A DNA stretch of 42,148 bases from Octopus bimaculoides (lineage: Eukaryota), in NCBI RefSeq assembly GCF_001194135.2, contig NC_069000.1:16057716-16099863 (forward strand). The letters are read 5' to 3'. Both the position numbers and the translations under genes were made by a program. Under the pieces are notes generated by a model. That model ran no database searches and was not told the origin of the DNA. It saw only the letters and a program-made list of their open reading frames with translations. Every line of letters begins with the position of its first letter. Position 1 is the stretch's first letter. Below, piece by piece: positions 1-9,800 of this stretch.

Positions 1-161
1 AAACGGTTCGGCAAACCTCAAATGAAGCCAAGCCTATTCATTTTCCATAAGGTTTCTCAAACAATAGCAATACGATCACCAACATTGATAGTACTTGCAT
101 TCAATGAAATAATTGTAGCAACGATCAACATCATATCTTACGAAGAAAATTTTGAGCGATG

Positions 162-326
162 GGCGTAGGTGTGGCCGTGTGATTAAGAATCTTGCTTTGC
201 AACAATGTGGTTCAGATTGAATTCTGCTTCACAGCATCTTTTCAAGTGCTTTCTACTATAGCTGCAGTCCAAGCAATGCTTTGTGAGTGAATTTGTTTGA
301 TGGTCAATGTGAAAAACTGTCATATA
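162..326 (+). mobile_element. tRNA-derived SINE (octopus-type), degenerate
   Basis: GGCGTAGGTGTGGCCGTGTG...TTCTACTATAGC...TTGTGAGTGAATTTG matches my recollection of an abundant Octopus SINE head and body; not database-checked. Confidence 0.65.
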
Positions 327-844
327 TTGGGTCATCCCATAAATAATGCGATTATTTTATACTTCTTTTATGTTTCTAAATTAAGTTAAACAAAATTCTT
401 TGATTGATACCACTCCGTTTTGTCACTCCCAGAGCAGAAAGCTACTGAGAATAGCTAACGAACGTATACGACAATGACAAAAACAAACAAGACAAACTGA
501 AATAATATAACAATTGCACGTATACAATAAATAAACTAATTATACAATAATTATACATATACAACTGAAAAAGCCCATACGACCGTCAAGCAGACGAATG
601 TGGGTAACGCAAAGGAGAAATGGAAAATGTCCTAAAGGACAGTAGCCATGAGAAAGGCAGAGCGAGGAGCTCAGACAAGCGTGACTAGTCTGGTCAAAGG
701 CAGGGCGAAAAAGAACGGCACCGCCTAAAATCGACCGGTCACGTAGCAGTGGGAGGAGAGAAGAAGAGTTATGCAGGGCAGAGAGACTAAAGAAACGGAG
801 ATAGTGCAAAAATGAAGATGATGTTGCTACATTACTTTATTCAA

Positions 845-1092
845 GTTTTTGAGAGTTTCGAATGACTTTTAGAGCCATTTCATCACTATATATTGGTTTG
901 CACTCATGATTAATCAATTAATTTATCAATTAATTAATTTCCCTCAAAATTTCTCGTCAGAATTTGATATGTAGCTTGTCTATAATCTCAGTCTACTGAA
1001 TAATCTTAGTAGGAGAATACTTGATGGGCATAACTCTGAAGCTAAGCAATTCCACCCAAGTCCACTACGATATATGTATGTTGAAAACTTCA
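845..1092 (+). repeat. Paralogous segment, second copy at ~35168-35406
   Basis: Shared blocks GAGCCATTTCATCAC, TCTCGTCAG.ATTTGATATGTAG, ATAATCTCAGTCTACTGAAT, ATATATGTATGTTGAAAACTT; roughly 75-80% identity by eye. Confidence 0.85.
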
Positions 1093-1105
1093 AAGTGACT
1101 CCGAT

Positions 1106-1697
1106 TAATTCGATCCGAAATCACCAGTGAACTGGCGCCCTCACTTACTATAGGGAGGTTGTATCCCTTGTCAGTCAACAGATAGTGCTCTTTGAATAGA
1201 AAATGTTCTGTTCGTGGCTAAAAGATGTTTTGACTCTTATTTCTAGCAATACTGGTGCTAACTTGAACCCTTAGTCACTTTTAGTGACTTTCGTACTTGT
1301 TCCTTTTGGTTTTAAATTGCAACTAGCCACTTTAATAATCTATAATTATCACTTAACCATTTTACTGAATCAGCCACTGATTCGCGTGGCATTTTCTCTA
1401 AACTGACAAGTCAAGTTAGCTTAACCCTAGGCAACGGAGTAGCGTCACCCATGAGGTCTAATTCGATCCAAAATCACCGCTGACCTGCTGCCCTCGCTTG
1501 CTGTAGTGCTGTAGGGCGGTTGTCTCCCTTGTCAGTTAATAGATAGTACTCTTTGTACAGAAAATACTCTGTTCGCGGGTAAGAGTTATTTTGACTCTTA
1601 TTAGCAATACTGGCGGTTACTTGTACCCTTAGTTACTTTTAGTGACGTTTGTATATGTACCTTTTGGTTTTAAATTGCTATTAGCCACTTCAATAAT
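1106..1697 (+). repeat. Diverged direct repeat, ~240 bp x2 (~1106-1340 and ~1459-1697)
   Basis: Both copies start TAATTCGATCC.AAATCACC and end CCTTTTGGTTTTAAATTGC...TAGCCACTT.AATAAT; about 80% identical. Confidence 0.85.
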
Positions 1698-1739
1698 GCT
1701 TGACCACTAAATCTACAAGTTTGTTTTCAATCTCTCTCT

Positions 1740-1890
1740 CTCTCTGTTGATTTTCTCTTATTCATTTCTGTTCAAGAGCGTGGGCTCGAAACGTAAAAGA
1801 CGTTTTTCATTTTACCAAGCGTCAAACTAATACACCTGCTTGTCGTTCATACACCTGTCTTCGTCTTTTGTTTTTCTATAAATTTCAACT
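1740..1890. mobile_element. Possible Penelope-like / interspersed repeat terminus
   Basis: AAGAGCGTGGGCTCGAAACGT...AAACTAATACACC...CTGTCTTCGTC between (CT)n and (TA)n resembles a common cephalopod repeat end; family uncertain. Confidence 0.3.
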
Positions 1891-2002
1891 ATATATATAT
1901 ATATATATATATATATTTGAAGTAAAGCAACAAAAATTCAATAGGTTATAGCAGTACGTACGTTTCGTACAAGCTCCATTTATTCATGTAGTGATAACAC
2001 TA

Positions 2003-2399
2003 NNNNNNNNNNNNNNNNNNNNNNNNNNNNNNNNNNNNNNNNNNNNNNNNNNNNNNNNNNNNNNNNNNNNNNNNNNNNNNNNNNNNNNNNNNNNNNNNNN
2101 NNNNNNNNNNNNNNNNNNNNNNNNNNNNNNNNNNNNNNNNNNNNNNNNNNNNNNNNNNNNNNNNNNNNNNNNNNNNNNNNNNNNNNNNNNNNNNNNNNNN
2201 NNNNNNNNNNNNNNNNNNNNNNNNNNNNNNNNNNNNNNNNNNNNNNNNNNNNNNNNNNNNNNNNNNNNNNNNNNNNNNNNNNNNNNNNNNNNNNNNNNNN
2301 NNNNNNNNNNNNNNNNNNNNNNNNNNNNNNNNNNNNNNNNNNNNNNNNNNNNNNNNNNNNNNNNNNNNNNNNNNNNNNNNNNNNNNNNNNNNNNNNNNN
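2003..2399. other. Assembly gap (N run); other gaps at 13946-14051, 19593-19602, 33548-34546, 37655-37664, 41678-41790
   Basis: N runs, most flanked by TA/TATG microsatellite. Confidence 1.
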
Positions 2400-2499
2400 A
2401 TATATATATATATACACGCGCGCGCGTACACACACACTCCCACATACACGAGCATATATATATATATTTAAACACATAAGAGAAATCCATTCATGGGAT

Positions 2500-3027
2500 T
2501 CCTTACGCTAGAAAGAACAGCTAGGTTCTAGAACCACAAAATTAGAGATAAAATCCCGAAAGGAACGTAATGAAAAAATAAAATCTTTTACCATCTAGTT
2601 TCCTAGATGGTAAAAGTTTTCATTTTTTCACCGGTGATAAGGTGTTTTTAAGAGTGTACAGAAATGGAAAAGAAGGTCGGGAAAACGACAAAATAATAAA
2701 ACAGGTCGTTAAAATGACGTACATGGTGAAAGGTTCGAAATGGGAACATAAAAGACATAAATCAGCTGAAAAGAAGGTTTTCTGACAAAAGGGTTACGAG
2801 GGAAGTACCCATGGAAGTCCTCTACGATATTTTTAATGTGACAACTCTACAAGAAATCGCCTAATCAAGGCATAACAGTACAAGAAAAAGAAAGCATACA
2901 AAATTGTTGGAGGTAGTTCCAAAACGAAAAAAATATTGAGTTTCAAATGGAAGAAAATCTGAAAAAGAGTAACGTGGTGGAGAAAAAAATATTCACTTCC
3001 ACCAGAAGTCAATCTAAAAAGGGGAGA
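2500..3027 (+). mobile_element. Gypsy LTR retrotransposon remnant: post-integrase tail, 3' UTR and polypurine tract
   Basis: GGTGATAAGGTGTTTTT is also found at ~20657 and ~29643. The tail translates as ...STRKRKHTKLLEVVPKRKKY*. AAAAAGGGGAGA (3016-3027) is followed by TG. Confidence 0.75.
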
Positions 3028-3300
3028 TGTGATAAACATTAACACACACCTGTGTAGACTCGTCGGATTGTTATAGCGTTAATCACGTCAAAGGGCGTTT
3101 TTGAAACTTGTGTTTTGCTAACAGAGAAAAAAATAGTACGTGTTGTGATGATATTGATATATATGTCCACTTCGTTAAATTATATATCCGAACGTTTTAA
3201 GGATATAAAAGTACATTACATATGTTTGATCATTATTAACAAATTCTTTGTGAAGGTTTTTTAGCATGAAACTGCAGAACCTTCTTTCCCGGAGTACGAC
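3028..3300 (+). mobile_element. Probable start of Gypsy 3' LTR (paralog at 40230-40510); right boundary unknown
   Basis: TGTG directly after the PPT in both copies; TATA-like GATATAAAAG inside both. Confidence 0.5.
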
Positions 3301-3443
3301 AGACTACAATTCTCATTCACTCATTCATTTTTTTCAATGCCATTGCTCTCCATACTATTATCATTTTCTTCGCCATCGAAATATAACTGCGATTATATAT
3401 TTCTCTGATTTATATGTTTCTCTAATTTGTTTTTTTAATTTAG

Positions 3444-3723
3444 ATTCTATAAATGACACCAGCTGAAGGTATTGAAATTGGGATGACATGTGGTGTATAA
3501 TTCTTTTGGCTTCAAACTGCAAGTTAGAATCGTGCATGTACAATACGCCATGCAGGACAATATATGTAAAAACCATTAATAATTATCCAAGGTTTCGAGA
3601 ATGATTTACCTTCTGATGATGTGAGCTATATTACGTGTTGGAAACCAAATCCCACTTACGAAGCAGTAGCAGCTTGTTCATGTAAAGCTTACAAACGAAC
3701 TTCAACAAGGAAGATGCTTAAAA
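3444..3723 (+). pseudogene. Pseudo V-like Ig exon psiV-1
   Basis: Homologous to the intact V exons (MTPAEGIEIG...DLPSDDVSYITCWKPNPTYEAVAACSCK...KMLK) but has stops, frameshifts and a 15-nt deletion; ends at GTAAGT (3724). Confidence 0.85.
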
Positions 3724-4829
3724 GTAAGTGTTATCAGGCTTACAGTTATTCAGCTACATTACTATTAATTTTCAGTAGTTTTATTTCTATTGCGTATTTC
3801 TACAGCACTGTCGAGATCAAATTTGTAGATTTTGGTTTGTGCCATATTTTGCACATGCCAAAGTCCTTTGGTTTTCCGTTTCATATTATAATGGAAAAAT
3901 AATCTATGTACTGTGTAAAGTACCTAGGTGTTCTTTTTCCTGTAGAATGGAATAGACATTGGGATAATTGATGTAGAAAGACAAAAAAAAAATAAATTAA
4001 TAATTAGTCAAAATTAAACAAATTTATAACAAGAACAATTTATTGCATAAATGATGCAATTTGTGTCGCTATATATATCTTCTCGTCATTCTACGACTAT
4101 CAGTTACGACTATTCTAAGATTCGCAGATGACATCTAATAAAACCGAGGCAGTTTTTCTGTTTTTCCAGTACAAATAAAGACTGAACTCCTTCTTTAGTA
4201 CAGTCGACATATAGAATTGATTTTAGTCAAAATATTCGGTTGTCACCGCTTTTTTAAATCTTTATTTAGCAGTGACTGAAATTAATTATTTATAGAATTA
4301 TTTATTCTGACAAGAAAGGGTTTAAGTTTTGATTATAATATCTTGAATTGCTATAAGAACTTTACTATGACCTACATCACTACTAAGTTTTCTGCAAGTA
4401 AGCGTCCCTGAGTATTTTCTGTATGTTGATTGAATTGGAGTTTGGCTTAGGTTTTTGATATCTCTTTTTAAATCACTCCTAAGACATCTTATTATAGCGA
4501 TTGTTTCTGTTTTAATCTCTTATATTCTAGGTGTCACTTATTTCATTTCTTTATATTTGGAACACTTCTCCATTTAGTTTAGAAATGAATTATCACTTCT
4601 TGGGACTAGTATTTTTTGTCAAAAAGCAGTTTCTTTCCTGGTACCCTTTGAAAATATCACGGTCCATTAACGTTGATCTCCAGGGCTATGTGAACTGACA
4701 CGTTCAGGCTGAAATTGCACGTCATAACAGAGACAGCATAGCAATGGTTTTGGCTTATTGTCATCTTGTACTCCCCTTGCCGCTAGTGAAATGGTATGTG
4801 CCGGCTGTCTCAGCAACTGGTTGATCTTC

Positions 4830-4972
4830 ATAGCGGAACAAACAGGACAAAAAGATTACAAATATAGCGATTCTCACCTTGAAACTAATTATCAGCGCGA
4901 TCGGATGAACAATAGTGGAGTTATGAGCGCACAAACAGACAGACATACAGAACGAATTTTATATATTAAGAT
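4830..4972 (+). mobile_element. Possible non-autonomous Helentron/HINE-like end
   Basis: GATCGGATGAAC...GGAGTTATGAGCGCACAAACAGACAGACATACAG...TTTTATATATTAAGAT resembles DINE/HINE ends. Confidence 0.35.
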
Positions 4973-4989
4973 TAACACAGAGATATACG

Positions 4990-5480
4990 TAAATTTTGCA
5001 ACTATAAAATTGTGGAATTATAAATATAATTCGTAAAGAACAAAAGAAGGCTAAAATAAATTGCTTAAAAATATGAACAGAAAGAAAACACTGTTTTCTA
5101 TCTTCAAAGTAGCTAACAATAAGAAAATGCATAACAATGGCTCAGTTATTAGGTAGGTGTGAATAAAAAGGAGCTTAAACAACGGAAATTGTAGAAAAAA
5201 GCAGAACGGTTAAAAGGATGATCAGCAAGTGATCCCACTACAGAAAGTGGGAATAGATAAAGAAAAGTGAGGACTGTCGAAATTTTGATTGCGGCACAGA
5301 ATAAAAGCTTTCTTAAATTGAAATTACTAAAATCATAAAATGAAACAAAATGCATTAAATACCTGCGGTATATATGGATATTGGTGAGAGAATAATTTAA
5401 ATATAGTCGCAAGTAAACACACATTTAACAAAGACTGAATACAAGAGACGTGATAAACTTGGAACTTTCATTTACTGGAA
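4990..5480 (+). mobile_element. Dong/R4-like LINE fragment (C-terminal region), inverted relative to its paralog at 11990-12730
   Basis: Degenerate ILIAAQ...C..C...EY.RRDKLG..IYW pattern; reverse-complement similarity to 11990-12550. Confidence 0.6.
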
Positions 5481-5509
5481 ATTATATTAACTTTATATAA
5501 TCCTTTCTA

Positions 5510-5925
5510 TATTAGCCACAAGGCCTGAAATTTTGGTGTGGGAGTGGCTAGTCGATTACATCTTAAATGGTACTTATTTCATCGACCCCGAAAGGATAAG
5601 AGGTAAAGTCGACCTAGGTGGAATTTTAACTCAGAACGTAAAAGGACAAAACACTGCAAAGCGTTTCTTGACCGACGTGCTAACGATTGTGCCAGCTCGC
5701 TGTCTTTTTGATTTTATATGATTTTTTCTACAAAAGGTGGGAAATTTGGTGGGAGGGGACAAGTCGATTACATCAACTGCAGTGTTTCACTGGTACTTAA
5801 TTTACCGAAACAATAAATGACAAAATTAACCTCGGTGGAATTTGAACTCAGAATGTAGTGACGTGCGAAATACCGCAAAGCAATTTCGCCCAGGGTGCTA
5901 ACAATTCTCTTAGCTCACTGCCTTA
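5510..5925 (-). mobile_element. Tandem pair of octopus-type SINEs
   Basis: Reverse complement of GAGCTGGCA..ATCGTTAGCAC...TTCTGAGTT.AAATTCC...GTCGAC...CCTTTCGGGGTCGAT. Flanked by CTTTATATAAT on both sides (possible target-site duplication). Confidence 0.85.
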
Positions 5926-6762
5926 TTGCCTTTATATAATACAAACAAAAATGAGGTAGTTTAAACTACATCAGAAAAAAAGCCTTTGCAAGTTGTATAT
6001 ATCATTGTGTTAAGATTCGTTATCAATCAATTATTCTTATTGAGAAGAAACTGTCAAAAGTAACCAGCCCATAGAATCACTAAACATATCCACTGCTTAA
6101 CACCATCCAAGTTAACCCTCTTCACCTTTACAGCTGACATGAAAACCTACGCAAAAAAAAGAGAAAAAAATTGATTGCTATGAAAATGCGTAAAATTTTG
6201 GAGTTAATAATCTTAATCTTTAGTTACAGCTTCTCATTCAAACTACATAATAGGCAGAATTGTCGGATTAAGATAGTAGGGTGTTTTGAGGGAGATTTGG
6301 CTGCTATTTCTAACAGGTCTAGCTACCATGTAGAGGTTTCCTTATTGGCTCATACATATATATATATAAAATCGAAATAAAATACTAAAAGTAACAATCG
6401 TCAAAAACAAAAGCCAAGGTCCATGCAGTGTCATGGGCCAAAAAAATTTCCAACTTCTTGCTTAATGCGTGCCCAGAGCAGAGTGTTAGGTAATAATCCT
6501 ATTATGCACCGCTGCGCACATCAGAGGTAGCCGATATGAAATGAAATATGGTGACTGCTCTTTATTGTTGGGGGAGAATAGACACATCCGGTTTGTAGTT
6601 GTTATGAAAAAGATGATGGGTTAAGAGTTTTATGCCCCTTGGTACCAAATCATCACACTCGATTATTCACGCTTCTATATTTTCTCTCAAGTTTTCTTAT
6701 TCTTTTGCTGTTTTAACCATCATTTTTACCTGAATCATACATGTCTTTTGGTCATATTTCAG

Positions 6763-6834
6763 GTACTGGAAAATGCGTTTTAATGTCAACGATGTTGTCA
6801 GCTTTAATTTCACTGTTAATGGATAACAGGGAGT
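6763..6834 (+). CDS. Candidate 72-nt leader exon of Ig gene 1 (ATG 6783; MSTMLSALISLLMDNRE)
   Basis: Acceptor TTTCAG| and consensus donor |GTAAGT. Its phase-1 end joins the V exon in frame. Same length and open frame at 25231-25302. Only a mediocre signal peptide. Confidence 0.4.
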
Positions 6835-9800
6835 GTAAGTTACGATTAAAGAAAATATTTTCTTTTCGGCTACAACACCAAATCTTCCTCTCTTCATTAT
6901 TTGCTATGGTTTTTGTATTTTTGTACCACCCAAATAAACGTTTAGACACAGACACGCACGCTCGCGCGCGCAAAATTCTTTATGGTTGCCTACACATGCA
7001 TACATATAGAGGTACAACATTGACTTTCTTGACATTAATGGTCCGCAAACGTCTCATAAAGATACTCTCAAGGAAAAATAACCAAATGAAGTTTATTTCT
7101 CAACGTATTCCCTCTTGCAGTCCATACACTTCTTCCATCGGTGTTGCAGTGCTTGGATTGTATTCGTGAAGAAGCTTTCATACAACAGGAGATATGAGGT
7201 CGTCCAAACTGCGATGCTCGTACCTAGCCTAGTCATTGTGAAAAATATTCTCAACGCTCCCATGGAATATTCTGTTAGCATTGCCTATTTGATTTATAGT
7301 CAATCGCCTGTCATCCATCATCATGTGGTGAATACTATCAACGTTTTCTTTGGTTGAGGCGGTTGCAGAACGTTCAGGTATTGGTTCATCTTCAAAAAAC
7401 TCCCTTCCCTTTCTAAATTCAGTTGCCCACTTTTGTATTGTTGATAAACCTGGAGCGTCATCCAATAATTTGGTAACCATGTCAGCAGAAATGTCCTTGG
7501 GGTTTGAACCCCATTTCTGCAAGTACTTAATAAAGAGGGGATGTTAAAGTTTGTCCATCTTCAAGAGAAATCGCTACCAGTTAGTTCTGAAATATTCTAT
7601 GAACAATCAGACGTCAGTTTACCTGGAACGTGACAATTCAGCTATTAAAAAAGATAGCTGAAATTAATGAAAAGATTTCAGAGATTTGAGAATTAATGTA
7701 AAGATTTGACAGTCGGCCTATGAACTTTCCAGCCGACTTTCGTATCTCATTTAATCATTTAAATAAATTTAATATTTTCTTTACTAAATGTATGTTGTCA
7801 GAACTGACAATCTCTGATTTGGAAAAACAATGAGTAATCGAGAATGGTTTTGGAACTGAAAAATCTCGGTCAGGTCGTCGTGTGGATAAGGCCGTATGTT
7901 GTAAAGTACGTAACATTCAGTCAGTCTATTACACAACCTTGATGCATGCCGTCTTATGAAATCGGCTTCAGATCCCGCATTCATCTAACCGAAAAAGTGT
8001 GGCAAGCTGAAGCAAATGTCGGCTGCTTTCAGATAGGAAAACGTTTAGCCCTATCTCAAGTTTTAGGGTTTAGGGTTAGAGTTTGGATTTTAGTTTTAGT
8101 GTTAGGGTTAGTATTTAAGATTATGATTTGGATTTAAGGCTTAGGGTTCGGGCTAGGTTTAGGGATAAGTTTTAGGATTAGGTTTTAGAGTTAAGTTTAG
8201 TGTTTATAGAGTTTTTCAAAATACCATTGTAAATGTTAATTAGTTGTTTCCTTTCCTTTCTATATTCTTTCTTTTTGCCTTAATTGTTTTGTAAACTTTT
8301 CATTATTAATTTATTTAAAAATGTCTATTTGTAATTTTCCTTGCGTCACGTGTCGAAAACAAAATAACAAAATACAAGATACTTTTCATATCACTGTTAC
8401 GACGTTGTTTAGAATTTCGGTCATTGAACGTCCTCCAAAAGTTGCTTCTATTTTCTCGTAACTGCCATAGAAAATACATCTGTGTAGAAATTCTGAATGA
8501 AATTGTGTATTTCTTACAGAAACGACTGTAGATAGGTTTCTTTTAAAAACAGCCGGAACACTGTCTCTGCCTCTCCATTCACATCCATCCTGAAAGTGAT
8601 TGTAATAGTGATTGCCATTCTTGGAAATGCGTGCCTCAAGGAGATATACTTTCGGTGTAACTTGCCCGCTATTTTTAAAGTAATGCATTAGTCACTTTGT
8701 CCGTTTGGAATACGGACGTTTGCAAAACTGTCTAAAATAATCTAAACCGAAGCTATTAAAACTGTGGAAGAAAGCGAGGGGTTGGGAAAAGTGGTAATGA
8801 GAAATCAAAGAGGCAAAGAGAAAGAGAATGAATTGTCCAGAAAATGCTGGAATGAAAGAAAAAGTGACTAAGAACTAAAAGATTATTGACGGTGAGACCA
8901 AGGGCGTGAATACAATACAAGAAAAAGAAGAGGTAGAGGTCAGAGAATGGAAATTGTATATATGTACGAATATCACACTATCGACCAGGTATCAGATATT
9001 GTTATACACCACTGGACGGAATCCGCTTCCAATTCTGTCTTAATTGTGTCATTTTTTTCCAACTTCAACCCGTATTTTCCATTTTTAATGGAATATTTAA
9101 AGTATAGTAATTTACAGCGACAGAAAGTCTTTCTTTTCAAATTTGAATGAATTTTAAAATGGTTTTTTCGAATTACGTCGCTTTTCTTGTAAAGTTGCAT
9201 GTCTTGGCACCAATTACCGACGTAAGCTGAGGTGTGAGTTTACTTATGTCACACCTCCAGCACGTCGCAAATGGCCAAGTTGGTAATATTTTAACGGAAT
9301 ATCCTATACTTCATTTTCCCTCACAGAATCTTCACTAATTGCTGATGTATCTAAAACTAACTTCTTATAGTTGGCTTGATATTTTATTTTCACTGCAATT
9401 CATTCCTCTTTTCTCTTTCATTAATTTATTCTTCCTTTCTCCTTCCTCAGTTTTAATATATTAATTTATTCATTTATTTTCCCTTATTTTTTATTTTACT
9501 TTCGACCACTAAGTTTTCCTTTTTCTTAGTCTGCACTCTTGTATTTTTCTCATTTAGCTCCAGTTTCATACTATTTTCTCGATGCTATAAGGGATCGCTA
9601 TCGTTTGTTTTATTTTCGTGTATATATGCTGATTTCGGTTTTGTTCATATTTGTTCTCCTTTTCATTTATCTTTTGTTGAATGCTTTCTTCTTGTTCGTT
9701 TTCTACTGTTCTCCTCAATCTCATTGGCTTTGTGCCAACCCCTTCATTTCATCTGTCTTGTATTTGATGTTCCTCAGACCTTATACTTGAATGTCTTCCG

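Noticed and set aside
6131-6175. Possible short terminal exon for psiV-1 (CCTTTACAG|CTGACATG...TGA)
   Set aside because: No counterpart found in unit 2, and psiV-1 is already disrupted.
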